DNA of 63,044 nucleotides, the filler included, from Choristocarpus tenellus KU-1152 (taxonomy: Eukaryota; Protista; Phaeophyceae), in the NCBI GenBank assembly GCA_964200185.2. It is 10 parts of 10 records of this genome, joined end to end, with 100 filler letters (N's around TTAATTAATTAA, not from the genome) between each part and the next. Parts side by side here need not be neighbours in the genome. Positions count along the whole stretch, not along the records: positions 22,621 to 41,916 come from CAXNAD020000476.1; positions 42,017 to 45,515 come from CAXNAD020019614.1; positions 45,616 to 51,788 come from CAXNAD020008764.1; positions 51,889 to 56,724 come from CAXNAD020012866.1; 6 more parts are not named here. One strand, given 5' to 3'. Below, piece after piece: positions 38,600 to 52,121 of the stretch (its first letter is position 1; each line of letters opens with the position of its first letter). The notes below the pieces were generated by a model that was given only the letters and a program-made list of their open reading frames with translations, was not told the DNA's origin and ran no database searches. The translations under genes were made by a program, and so were the position numbers.

Positions 38600-41500
38600 A
38601 TGTCTCTAGGTTGGGTGGTGGGTCTAGCCTTGTTAACCTCAATTGGGGGCACCATGGCATTCCGTCGTGTGATCAACTACCCTGACAAACACAGAGAGTT
38701 CCGGCTCGCGACAAAGGCCATACGCACCGCACGAGTTTCCAGGTAAGACTGTAGCAGGATTAGGGTGAAAAATTTAGCGGGTTATATCACTTTACTAGTT
38801 TGAAGTTCAAAAGGGTGACTGGATCTCGTCTGATCCTGGAAATCCTCTAACTCGACTCTCAATCCTGTCTCACCACTGATCTCGCTTATCAGTTTCGCCG
38901 ATCTCACTGGGTTGCGAAAGGACTATAACTCGAAGGGGATCAGTGACTTGGGGTTGCCGAAATCGCCTATGGGCAAGGTGGCGGCTTGGATAGACGATGC
39001 TTTCAACTGTCCAGAGGTGAGAGAGACTTTACGTCCAATAGCTTGGTGTGACGTTCGCGTTGAGACGAACAAGATCACCTGTGGTTCTGTCGTTACTCTG
39101 CTTGATACCTTGTGTTTAACATAAGAATTGTCTTCAGGTATACGAGGCTAATGCGATGTGCCTGGCCACGGTAGGCGATGATGGTCGACCTTCTGCAAGA
39201 TTCGTTCTAGCCAAGGGCATCGACGAGCGGGGAATCACATGGTACACCAACTACAATAGGTGCTTAACGGGCATGTTTATCCTGTGGCTGGATTGCGTCG
39301 GAAGTAAAGGGGGGTGAAAGGCCTGGTTTATGCAAGGTGTGCAACATCAAACGAGCTTATTTCTCTCAATGAAGTTCCCCTACTCGAGAGATGCCTACTT
39401 CTGTGCCTGCCGCTATCGCAATGATATCGGTCGCTTTTTACCTGATTTCTTCACCGCCTTTACTCCATGGCGTCTTCGCAGCCGTAAGGCCAAGGAGCTA
39501 GACTCTTTCCCTCACGCGGCAATAACATTTTGGTGGGGGCCCCTTCAGCGATCGGTGCGATTGGAGGGTGAGGTTTTCAGAGTTTCAGAGAAGGAGAGCA
39601 ATGAGTACTACTCAAGCCGTCCAATTGGTAGCAGAGTGAGTGGTCAAGTCTTGTTCGTCTCATCCCGAGCATGGTAACTGCAAGCTCATAGGTTAAATGT
39701 AATGCTTATGAGGATTTTTTTTGTCGATTTTCTACACCCTTCTCCCACAAGGTAGAATCCACTGGCATTCAGGTGGATGGTACATCCATTATCCCTAACC
39801 CAGGAATATTACAATCATTGCAAGTGTGTACTTCTCCTTTGTTTCCTTACAGCCAATCCTAATTGAAGTGCCTATCTTCCACTTCTGTTGATAGTGCGAT
39901 GGTCGTCTTTGTCCTGGTGTAGGCATGGTCAGTAGTCAGTTGACCCTTCCCAAGGTCTCCGGATTGAGTTACGGACCCAGCAGACTTCTTGTCAAGTCTC
40001 CTTTAAGCTAACAGTGGTCTCAAGGGGCCTTCACCTTCTGTACCTCAACCCCATCACTAGTCAATGTTCTCCGGTCTTCGAAAGCTGTGCCCACTTAGGG
40101 AACAGCAGCCATAAGAGTAATCTTGATTCTCATCACCTGCCTTGTGTTTTTGTTTTGCAGATCGGGGCATGGGTCTCTGACCAAAGCCAGCCCGTGGCAT
40201 CAAGGCAAGAGCTGGACAACAAAGCAAAGGCCGTGGAGGTGAGGCTGCTCTCAATACTCTGATGTCGTTCTATGCTACCAACGGGTACCATGGAGCCTTG
40301 CAATAGCAAATGATCACCCGCAATGACCAGTATCATGTGTAGGTCTTCAGGAAAAGGCTCGACTCCCATATTGGCAGCAACACTCCAGGTACCCACAGCG
40401 TGCCCTTCCCATTTGTGTGATGTTTTAGACATGACATGTCTAAAACATCTGTACCCAGCAACTCCTGCACACAAGTGCCGGTATGAGGTTATTGTTAAAT
40501 TGTTCATTTTCTCGGACTAGTATGATAGTATCCTTGTGAGGAGATAAATGCATTGCAAGCACCCTGAAGGTGGACGGTTGTGTCTTCATGTATGAGGTTG
40601 AAGTCATGTCTTACCTCCCCCATCAGTACCTAACTTCTCCACTGCTTCAACACCTCCCCTGGTTCTGAACCACAACCCAACACCGGCAGGAACGTTTTTC
40701 TGCCTCAGGAAATGACATTCCACGCCCTCCACATTGGTAAGTTTGATGGCTAAACCACTTTCCCAAAGTGTCCACATCAATGAATCACTCAGGTTGTCTG
40801 CTTCAAACACTCCCTCTCTCCTTGGGTAGAAAATAGCTTCAGTCTTCCAAAGCATTTCCAAGAGCATTCTAAGTTGGGGCAGTCGATGTATGTATTCCTG
40901 GTTGGAATATAGGTACTGTGTTAGTTGGTCCCTCTGATGGTGTGAAAAAATCATCGCCAAAAAGTGTACTGGAGAATGGGAGGCCTTCTACAGGGAATAG
41001 GGTTAGGGTTTTTGTATAAGCAGGCTTGTACCCTCACTGAGGTGGGTCGTTTCTTCCTTGCACTTGTCTGAATAGAACCTTGAATAATGTCAGCATCCTG
41101 ATGATGTAACAATACAGTGAATTCATTATTCACTTTTGGAACTTTTGTGGAAGAGAAGAGGGGAACGTCTTCAGTACTCCAAGTCGATCATGAATCCTTC
41201 TCCTGTGACAAGTGTCTGATGTGTACAAATTGCTCCAAATGTTGGCTCTACTTGACATAACTTCTACTTTAGTGATTTCTTTGTGCAACTATATCGCTGC
41301 AAAGTGTTTCTGATTCTCAGATCTGACAGTTTTGTGATATTTTTTGTTGGGGCTAGGGATAGCTTAAACACGTTCAATTTGTTTGTAGTGCCACGAGTCT
41401 ACGCCAGAGTGATGGTATCGGTATCGAACAGGAACCTGCTCTAAATTTGTGTGGAACTTGATTAAAGTGCTTGTTCGATAAGACCTTTTCCTACCTAGCC

Positions 41501-41670
41501 CTAGCCCTGAGATGTGAGTACTCGGGGGGGTAAAGGGTGCTTTAGAATATATGGGGCCTGTCATGTCAATATTCACACATGGGCTTTTCCCATTGGGTTA
41601 GTTGGAGTTGCTTCCTGAAGCTCCAGAGTGTTTGCGTTTTTTGTCTTGCTGTTAAAGGTTACTTTTTGTA

Positions 41671-41701
<31 letters not shown>

Positions 41702-41916
41702 TGGTCCTATTTTTCTCAATATATACCGTACACTCTCTCTCTGTGACAAAAGGCATCGTTCATTTTAACACTCCATCATTTATGTTGAAGTCAGAACGGT
41801 TTAATGAGACTTGTTCATAGGTGATCACCCACTCCTTTTTATTTATACACTACTATTCTCATGCCATACTATTTCGAATATTATTTGCTGTGCTCTACTG
41901 ATCATTTTGTGACAGG
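38600..41916 (+). CDS. pdxH: Pyridoxine/pyridoxamine 5'-phosphate oxidase; exons 38600-38742, 38893-39016, 39138-39259, 39482-39635, 40161-40238, 40690-40736; the next exon probably starts at 41916 and is cut by the contig end
   Basis: Spliced protein has [14 protein letters not shown]...[12 protein letters not shown]...[39 protein letters not shown] and IPRPPHW, all PNPOx signature motifs. All intron phases agree. Confidence 0.93.
41672..41701. repeat. (CCTG)n microsatellite
   Basis: About 7 units in the last visible PNPOx intron. Confidence 0.85.
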
Positions 41917-42016
41917 NNNNNNNNNNNNNNNNNNNNNNNNNNNNNNNNNNNNNNNNNNNNTTAATTAATTAANNNNNNNNNNNNNNNNNNNNNNNNNNNN
42001 NNNNNNNNNNNNNNNN

Positions 42017-45000
42017 GTGATGCCAATCCCCCTTGTGTGACTCACATACCCTTAAATCTGTTAAACAGCTTCCCAATGCCTCTGCCGTGGGTTACCGTTA
42101 AATCTTGCCACAGTCATTACCGCGTTGACAATATCAGGCCTGGTCATGGTCACTAACCAGACCAATGACCGCACTGCTTCCCTGTATGGAGGAGATGGGT
42201 CCAGCTTCACACACAAATCCCTCTAAGACAGATTTCTGGTTGTGAATCCAGGCATATCATATTCTTGGTGATCCTAAAACGTTCCACCAGCCCTTCCATG
42301 TATGCTTGCTGATTGATCTTCAGCATCCTTATATTATGATCTCATGTAATACGGCATCCCACATACAGCTTTGCATCCCCCAAATAATTCCATGTCCAGA
42401 GCTTCCACCACCGCCATCCCCTTCTCCTGCAAGCAACTAGCCATCAATAGAACATCGACATGTGTGTGGCTATCAGCCCTCCCATCACCCCGTTTTCCGC
42501 CAGACAAAGCAAACAGGGGTCAGCCTCACATTGCTCTAAACCTAGCCCCTTGAGAGTCCCAACTAGTTTCAGATGCCAGTTGAGTGATGCCTGTACCAAC
42601 CCATACAAAGATCTTTTGAGATTTCCTACCACTCCAGGAGCTGCTGCCACATCCTTTGGCAGTTCGATGTAAATGTCCTCCTTGACATCCACTAGCACAA
42701 AAGTCTGTCCTACATCAGCATGTCATGGCTCCATGCCCTCAAATACCGCAATTGCTATCACCAAACGTATGGTGCTGGTTGAGGGAGAAGGCACAAATTG
42801 CTCGGCGTAGTCCAGTCCAGGGATCTGCCTATTTCCCATGACTACCATGTGGGCTTTGTACCCAGCCACTTCTCCCTCTCAATTTACTTTTCTCTTCAAC
42901 ACCCATTTGGTTCCCACCACACGGTGATCCGATGGCCTTTTCACCTCATTTCAAACCTCAGTTTCCACCAGTTTTGCCAACTCCGCCTTCATAGTGTCCT
43001 GCCAAAATGGTGCCTCTGGAGAGACTGCAAAGCTTCCCTTTGGGATCACGACTCAGGCGCTAAGGCAATTAGATGAGGAAACAATGCCATGGGCATTTTA
43101 GCAGCATCATCTACCACTTCTTGAACAACTAGGACTTTTGAAAATGAGCCACTAGTGCTTCCCCTTGTGTGTCTTGGTTCCCTCACCTGATGGTCCTCTG
43201 CTGAGCCCTACTCGAACGTTCAGATTCAGATGGTTAGAGATTGGGGTAGGGATAAAATCAGCGAGTTTGCTGCACAGCATTCGACTTCACAGGATATTGC
43301 GTGACCACTTCCCCTGCTGTAAAGAGTCGCTAGAGTCCTCCCTGTGAGCAGCCGGCTCACTCTTAGTCCCTAACTCCTCACATGACGTCCTGGGTAAATC
43401 CAACAACAGATCAGAGTCCTCAGTTATAATCCCCCCATCATCCTGAGTCGTTAAGGGGGAAGTGCGTGCATGATACAGACTGTCTGATCAACAGTTGATT
43501 GGACCTCTCGTGCAGAACTTGCCAGAAACCCCTTAGGTGATGCTCAGCACACACCATCAGCAAGCATTTGGATCCTCGCACTTCTAGCATGTGCTTTCGT
43601 TTGCCCACCAGCATGTATCCCACAGTTCCAAAGCTTAGCAAGTATTGTACCTTCCCCAGTTCGCGATGCCAGAGCTCGTATGGAGAAGTCCAATCCTCAT
43701 TGGCCCAAGTGACACATATATATATTTATTGCTCAGGTCACAAGCATGATTCTGAGCTTCAGCCCACAAATTGAGTCGGCCTTGAAGTCCTGCACAAACC
43801 ATCATTACTTTCTCAGCAATCAGGCCCAATGCTCGTTCTTCTACACCATTATACTCCAGGGTAAAAACACCAGGAAACTCCCAACATATTTCGTGCTTCC
43901 TCATTAGTGCTTGGAAAGTCGTACCTGCGAATTCTCTTCCCTCATTACTCCGAATACGGCCAATCTGCACTCCTCTCGGTGCAGTCATGTCTGAGATGAA
44001 ATCTGCCAGTGCATCTGCGGCACTTTCTTTTTTGGCCAGGAATCGCATACACTTCACCTATATGCAGTCATTGACGAAGACCGTGGAATAATAGCAGGCC
44101 CCAAGGCTACACAATGGTTTAAGTCCACTCAAATCAGTGAAAGCCCTCTCAAGTTTCCTAGTTGCCTAAGATTAAGTGCTTCGTGGCATTGGAGCACGGT
44201 GAGCTTTGGCCTGTGAACATCCAGCACGCGGTTCCCGAGTTCCAATGAGGTCAATTCCATTGACTGTTGCAGTCTTGCATGTCACCTGTTCATTAGGATG
44301 GCTAAGGTGTCGGTGAAATTCATTAGTGTCAACACGAACCTTCGATGTGACCATTGATCTAGTTGAGGTTTCTTGAGGTAAAAGCCTATGCACATATCCT
44401 GCGTAGAAGACATTCACCACTGGTATCACAAGATCATCCAGGACATTGTTTCCCTCAATCGTCAACGCATCAGAATCAACAATACTGCGTCACCCTGATG
44501 TCTTGCAAATGGTTCGAACTGAACACGGATTGTAGGATATTGTGGATACTACAGCAACCTTCTTCATGGCCACACTGCACCCCACTTATTTTTCCGCTGA
44601 TGTCAGTACCATCTCCATCCAGCCCCATTGCGTAAGATCATGCTCCTTTCCATCTCCGATAACCCACCTTGTGTTGCAGGTTGTCTTGTTGGTCACTACA
44701 AATGTTCCTCCCCTATGTCATTGTCTCATGCCAACATTTGTACCACACACACGAAACACCATCTTGAGTGCTCTTACTTCGATCGGTACCATTATTGTCC
44801 CCACCATTTCCAGCACCTCCACCAGCAGTATGACCACCATTTCCTGGGTCCCTTTTCCTCCCATCATTGCTATGACTGCAATATTTTTGTTGTTCACGGC
44901 ATGTCACTGCCAAATACCCCGTCTTCGCACATATGCCACACTTCTTGTGCTTGGTGGGACATATATTACTGCAGTGTCCCTTCTTGCCACAGACTTAGCA

Positions 45001-45270
45001 TTTTATCTGCTCCAACCGCGGTGCCATATTTTTCCTCCTTGCTGTCAAAGTTGTCGTCATTCTCCCCTGATGAACGCTATCTCGGTCTTGAACTGGCAAA
45101 ACCTGTTCACAAACCTCTATTCCAACTCTGTCCTGGTGAGAGTAGTTACCCTCATGAGCAATGTTCGACATTCTAGCTCATACTCCTTTGGGATCCTCCC
45201 AAAATGGTGACAGTCAGTTCCTTGTCAGAAATTATCTGCCTCATACGGTTAATCGCTTAGCTAGTTGGCG
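42017..45270 (-). mobile_element. Decayed Ty1/copia LTR retrotransposon (gag/protease, integrase, RT); no LTR visible
   Basis: GAG-pre-integrase FHRHLSHPNEQV...CSQAK; integrase GRIRSNEGREF...YNGVEERA...NLWAEA; RT LKRSLYGLVQASLNW...EADPCL. Integrase precedes RT (copia order). Many stops and frameshifts. Confidence 0.93.
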
Positions 45271-45286
45271 CACCTTCAGCAAGTAA

Positions 45287-45442
45287 GAGTGAAAGTGTAT
45301 CTTAGAGGGAACGGGTTTTGCCCTGTTTATCCGTTTGGAAATTGACTTCCCACGGGTTTTTTATAGCATTTTACCTACTCCGAAATTTCGGAGTAGGTAA
45401 AATATTACGTTATGAATAGGTGTGTCCGGAACAAGGATATTT
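45287..45442 (+). mobile_element. MITE family A, truncated copy
   Basis: GAGTGAAAGTGTATCTTAGAGGG start plus the family A interior, including the central palindrome. Confidence 0.82.
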
Positions 45443-45707
45443 GTTACAGGCGCCCCTCAATGCTCACCTTCCAGGATGTACAACTCAAATCCAACGACCT
45501 TAAAACGATGCTATGNNNNNNNNNNNNNNNNNNNNNNNNNNNNNNNNNNNNNNNNNNNNTTAATTAATTAANNNNNNNNNNNNNNNNNNNNNNNNNNNNN
45601 NNNNNNNNNNNNNNNCACCATCTGTGGTGGGGGTCCCCCACAGAGGCACTCCCCCCCCAACACCACGCTATCATCACATGCAGTTGCCAACGTCCTGTGG
45701 AGGACAG

Positions 45708-48700
45708 ATGACGAGTCTATGGACCACATCGGTGTCTTTGACCAGCGGTCTTCTTGAATCGCTGGCTCAAATGGACACCACAGCAGTGTTCTCCTTGGTG
45801 GCCGCTGTTGTTTTGGCTGCTGTTGTGCTCAGGAGGGCATCTTCACCAAGAATCCCTGCCGTGAACGTTGCGCTCCAACCAGGTGAGGAATCGCAGCGTA
45901 TTGCCTGCGCTCTCGTCGTTCCCAGTCGTGGCTGTAGTCTTCGTGACTATGAAGAAGGTCAGACGAATGTGATCTGCAACACTCCCGACTTGTGCGTCTC
46001 TGATGTTATTTCCTGATATTCCTGACCTGGGCCACCAAGGCTTGATACTTCTACGAAATCTGGAATGAATTATTCTGACGAGTGGTGGTGCCGGGGTAAC
46101 CTTCCTTTAATGCTCTAGGCACAATGTTGTGGTGGATTTTGGGGTCTTCTGGAAGACAAGCGACGAAGGGCGTGTATTATCCACTCGTCCTGTTACTGCC
46201 TTTACCATACGCGATGCCATCTATAATCCTCTTCTTCAGTTTTTTTCAAGAAGATTCCAAGTCACTTGCAAACCCTCTTTCAGACAGGTGACACATCTCA
46301 AATGAAAAGGTCTTTTCTTCTCCAACGACTAATTAATACTCCTGACCGTTGCATATTTATGCGGCGATTGAAACATTACTTCCTCGTTTAATATTTGATC
46401 GCTTCGCAGTCGAGGCTACCACCGGCGCACTTACAGGTCCTTCGCACAAGGGCATGGAAATTAAGGTAAGGATGGAATATTCCCAATGGTTGTTGATAAT
46501 ATAACTGTATTTCAACAACCTTGAAAAATTCATAGCAAAATATTACACTTGTAGCAGAAGTAGAACGAATTCCAGAAATGCGCGTCTTTTTTAAGGGACC
46601 ACCTGCAAAACCTTCCTCCAATCTCCCTCCCTTAGCTCTGCCATGTTTTTCACACTTATTAGTCACCCCGATGCCTGAATCATTTTACCTAGACAAGAAG
46701 GCAAGATCTCTAGGCATTCCGCTGGACTTCTTTGTTCACGACACCTCATTCTCGTGCCTGTTTTGTATCCGTATTGTATACTTCCAGAATCCTTCACGCC
46801 CAGGGTTTATTCAGTGTTTTGATCCGTGCACCCTTCAGCACTTGGGGGAAGTAAAGGCCATGTCAAAGGATGATGTTGAAGACATTGTTCAGAGGTTAGT
46901 CACACCCTATCCTCCATGAAATGTTTTTGTCTCTTTTTATTTGTTATCTTCCTTACTTCATGGTTAGTGTTATGATGTATTTGCTGAGCAGCCCTGTACT
47001 CATATTAAATAATTTGTGCATGATACACCTTCTAGCACTAGAGCTCAACAAAAGTTCCCAGAACAGAGGTGAGACTTTTTACTAGTACTCGCACTTCAAT
47101 TCACCCAAATTTATTTAGAAATGGCAGACAGTTACCCCCATGTGTGGTAGGCTGTCCCCAAATAACATAAGTATATTGGGCTGGGTGATCTGTGTAATTG
47201 ATTGGTGCTCTTGTTCACCTTGTGAAATCAGTTTCTTTTTTAGTATTGTGGTTTGAATTAGAAGTGTAAGTGAAATGGACTCAAACGCAATAAATGTGCA
47301 ATGACTACATTTTTGTCAAGTGCTTTCTACCTTCACTTCATGTGATAAGCCAAAAGCACATCACCGCACATGCATTCAACATCCAATTCAGGGCTCGGGT
47401 TGCCCAGGAACAGTGGGCAACAACTACATTTGCAGAGCGAAGGCGGGTTCTCATGTGCCTCCAGCAGTATATTCTTGCTCACCAAAATGACATCGCCAGG
47501 GTTGCCTCCCGAGATTCTGGAAAGCCTGGTGCGTCTTCTTACAAAGTTGGAAACCTCATAAATCATTCTGTGGAACCTAGTTGCACTTCCACGTGTAAAC
47601 TGCGATTGTGACACCTAACCTACCTTGTCTGCAAAGAGATATTCTCTTGGTACTTGTTGAGTGTGCTCTATCTACTGCCTTCCTGAGTAAACCAGACGGC
47701 TGACAACTATTGTTGAGCGGCAGGTCAAGCTTATTATTGCTCTAGTAGGTAACATATTCCATCTTAGGAAGTGCAGTCACTTGTGAATATCACCGAAGTC
47801 GAGATAGATGAGTTGTGTAGGGCATGGTATGTGAAACACATTAGGACAGAACACATACACAACCCAGTCCGATGCATTCATCTGTCAACCATCCCCATAC
47901 CTCCTGATCCTCACTACATTACTTCCACGCTTCCGTTCTTGATCACCGACGGGCATACAGTGGTTGAGGCTATGCTGGGGGAGGTTCTGATAACCTGTGA
48001 AAAGGTTCGATGTGTGTGTGCCCACGGTGAGGACTGGCTCAAGCGGGAGTACCGTCCTGGGGGTCCCTTGATGTTCTACAAGAAGGCGTACGTTGAGTAC
48101 CTGTGAGTTCCGAGCTGGGAGAGCCAGGGTTGGGGCAGTTGGTTTGTTGGAGCCTCCTGTCCGGTCTTGAATGAAACTACTTGGTGTATTACATGTGTTT
48201 GTAGTGTTGCTACATGTATTGTTCCAGATTCTGTGTTGCCCTTGCCCTGCTGACATGCTCAACTTTCCAAGTTCCACAGGGTCTGTCTCTTGCTAGGAGG
48301 GGAACTGTTTTTTTTTACACACACATTTTTTTTTTGCACCTGTCAACCTTCGATGCAAAGGTTCAATCCCTAATCAGCTCAAGTCTTTGCTCATGTTGAC
48401 ATTGTTCTTAACAATTCTATGAATGTATTTGCAAAATACTGAAGGGTTTTCTGGTCATCTGCACCCCCTCCCCCCCCAGTTTTTTTTGCCTTGCCTTGTC
48501 TTGCCTTTGGGTTACATATCACCTTTCTTACTGCCTTGTTAATAATCTGCTGTCGCCCTTTTTCTCAGGCCACTTGGGGTGATTGGGGTTATTGCACCAT
48601 GGAACTATCCCTTCCACAATGTCTACAACCACATCATCTCTGGAATTTTTGCCGGGAATGGTGTTGTCTCCAAGGTGTCTGAGTACACTTGTTGGAGCAG

Positions 48701-51355
48701 CAGGTGGGGGTAACATAGACAGAGGATACAGCAAACGAGTTGTACTTTAACCTCGAGCTCCATTTTCTGCCTCACTACGAAAACTTTGACCAAATTCTTT
48801 GCACAATTAATGTCCTCGCAACTGCTTGATTGCAGGGAGATGTGGTTATTTGTTGTACAATTATCACTAAACCTGCAAAGACTATTCAATAGTGGACCAC
48901 ACACTCCCAACACTAGAATTGCCTGTTGGTGTTGTCATCTTAAATCCCATGCTGCTGTACCCTTTCTTGTCCTTGCGAATGAACCCCCTGCTTGATTTGA
49001 CAGGTACTTTTCTGCTATTATTTCAGAGGTTCTGACTGCCTGTGGTCACAACCCGGACTTGTGCCAGACGGTGACTGGCTTTGGCGATGCAGGAGCGGCA
49101 CTGGTTGGATCTCCTGGAGTGGATAAGATCATCTTCACTGGCTCTCCTCAAGCAAGTCCTTGTTTGGATAGAGGGAGAATATATTATTTGCACTGTTATG
49201 TTATGTCAGGCAATGGAAACATTTCTTTTCTAATTGGTGCTGTAGTTAATATTTTTATGTGCTCTAAGGTTGTGTACTTTGTGTACTTTGTTTTCATAGT
49301 GGTATGTTTTCAATATCTTTTGCATTGAACTTGACTGTCAACTTTGGGAGGCTGCACTTCAATTTTCTTGTAAGTTTAGTTTATGGCAGATCTTTCTGCA
49401 TCTGTTTTGGTTTGAGATTCTGTACCAATGTGTGATACTGTAAACAAATAGATTGAGAGAGGTCTGTTTGTACTGTCAAGTTTTGTCTACATAATATTGT
49501 ACATTATAGCCCTAGTTGTGATGAAAAATGGAATGCCCTGAGGGTTAACACTATTATCTAGGGTATTTTGACCATTTCCTGGTCAATTATTTCACTCAAT
49601 CAGTGAAGGGGAATGGGGCAACCTATAACTTCACTAGACATACACGCACACATACGTACCAAAATGTTCTCAATGTGTGTTTTATCGCCTTCCAATACTC
49701 TATGCAATACTTCCATCAATGTGGCACGGTATACAATGCCATCATTCATACAGTCTGGCCATCCAAATATCTCTTGGTATTTTGAACACCACTTTTTGCT
49801 TGCGAAACCCTCCCCTCCCTCGAACAGATAGGCCAAAAGGTGATGGAGGGAGCGTCAAAGGGATTGAAGCCAGTGGTCCTTGAGCTGGGAGGGAAGGATC
49901 CGTTTGTGGTGTGCGATGATGCGGATTTGGACAAGATTATACCGTTTGTCATGAAGGGGACCTTTTTCAATGCGGGACAAAACTGCATTGGGGTGGAGAG
50001 AGTGTATGCCTACGATAAGGTATAGATGCTTGGTGACTATTGTAAATAGTTGATGAAAAGTGCACAATGTCATGTTTCAACATTTGTATTATTTTCGTTT
50101 TTTGAATTCGTTGAGGTGGTTATCTATGACTCGATTGTTGTTGTTGTATGTACTCCACAGAGTAAATTTGAATTTAAATTTGAACCTTTATTATCTGCAT
50201 TGGAGTCACTACTCAACCATTATAGTTACGGATGGTCTCAACAATTGCAGCCTATTGTTCTTGGCTGTCTATTACTTTGACCCCTCTTTGCTTGTCCACA
50301 CACACTAGGTGTATAATGATCTTGTCACAAGAGTTACCCAACGGGCACAGAACTTGAGGCAGGGTCCTGTGCTGGGGTCAGAAGTGGTGGACTGTGGGGC
50401 GATGGTAATGCCTGCTCAACTGGACATTGTTCAGGTAAGCCAAGATAACCGTTTTTCCGTTTTTTGGGGGGGATTCTTTAAACTAGGGTCAAGTTGATCA
50501 CATCACAGTGTAGTATGTATCAAACTTTGTACTTTGAAGTTGAGGGTATTAGAAAATCATACATGGCCGGCCAAGTGTATTAAACATGTCTTATTTTGAT
50601 ATTATATTTTGATATTTCAATTGTTCCATATATTGTATGGAGATGTTTATATTGTACCCTGACACTCCCTTCTCATATCTCATCCCTGATACTGTGGACT
50701 CATTTCACGTGGAAAAAGTCTTTGGTTGATGATGCAGTTTCGAAGGGTGCCAATGTGATGGCAGGAGGAAGGCGTAATCCGAACTTCCCCAATGGGCTCT
50801 TCTACTTACCCACTGTGAGTCGGATGTGTCATTGATATCATGAGCTAGACTTTATTGGCATAAATGAGTATCTGTGTTCCTTTGAGACGTACTGTGTTGT
50901 GTTATGGATTATGCAGCTTGATAAAAGAGAAAAAATGGGTTTGGACTGGAGATGACTTGTGGGGTTCCTCTTTTTCAGAAGCATGTAGTTTCATTATTTG
51001 GAGATGTTGAGTTTAATTGCGTGTGATTGGTTGGTTCTTCTCTCTCTCTCTCTCTCTCTCTGTGTTTTTTAGGGTGGATAAATGTGACCTTTTAGTTTGA
51101 TCTCACTTTTTGTTGTTGTTGTTGTAATGTGTATGTTACCTAGTCTAAACATTGTGTTTTTCCTAGACAGGATGAGTGACACGTGTAGGTGAGAACTGAT
51201 CATGTTTGATTTGTCTTCATATCGGGGCAGGTGCTGGCTGGAGTCACCCCTGATATGAGGATTGCCCAGGAAGAGGTCTTTGGTCCGGTGATGACCATAT
51301 TCAGAGTTCCTCAAGACAGTGATATCACATGTGTGGAGATGATAAACAATTCTCG
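45708..51355 (+). CDS. Aldehyde dehydrogenase, ALDH22/MSC7-like, with an N-terminal membrane anchor; exons ~45708-45882, 46410-46465, 46788-46894, 47392-47528, 47961-48102, 48569-48703, 49004-49151, 49828-50019, 50309-50434, 50719-50814, 51231-51355; 3' end lost at the contig break
   Basis: Motifs [44 protein letters not shown] (catalytic Glu), GQNC (catalytic Cys), EEVFGPV. All intron phases agree. The start codon could be 45708 or 45771. Confidence 0.93.
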
Positions 51356-51939
51356 GTGGGTATGATGAATATATATATATATATATATAAATATTTATTT
51401 TGCTTTGGCTTCCACCCACTGCATTTTTTTGTTGCCTGAGCTGAGTTTCTGTTTGTGTAGGGTCATCTCTGGGTTAAAATTGAATTATGTTCCCAGCATG
51501 TACACGGGCGGTTATCGTTGTGCAGTGTGGTCAGGAAAAACATTTTTTGTGTTTGATACGCAGTGAGGTGTTTTTTGTACCTGTCTTCTGGAACAATTAT
51601 ATATGATGTGTTGTGATGTTTAATGGGTCATTGATGCTGATTTATTTCTTTTGATTATTGGAATTAGGTTACATTGTGTTGGTTGAATCATCTACAGTGA
51701 TGTCACAGTTGTTGTGATTAGTTTTGTGAACTTTATCTTCGGGAGGTGGGCTAAAAAAAACTGTACCGTGCTGCCCCCCCCCCCTCCCNNNNNNNNNNNN
51801 NNNNNNNNNNNNNNNNNNNNNNNNNNNNNNNNTTAATTAATTAANNNNNNNNNNNNNNNNNNNNNNNNNNNNNNNNNNNNNNNNNNNNAAAACAAACCAC
51901 ACCAAGGACCACACCCCAACAGCAAACACCCGACGGTGG

Positions 51940-51941
<2 letters not shown>

Positions 51942-51972
<31 letters not shown>

Positions 51973-52121
51973 CTACACCAGGGTGTCTATCTGGGCCATG
52001 ACCAGGAAAAGTACACTTATATTATTCATCCGACGTACCCAACCAAATCACACAAAATCGCGACATGAAAAAAATGACTCCAAATAGACAACTGCCACCA
52101 CCCCCCCAGATACTTTGAGCC
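51942..52121 (-). mobile_element. MITE family B copy with a long G-run at one end
   Basis: Reverse complement of the 22277 copy, ending CCCCCAGATACTTTGAGCC. Confidence 0.85.

Noticed and set aside
44542-45210. Plus-strand 222-aa and 182-aa ORFs
   Set aside because: Antisense to the copia gag/protease region.
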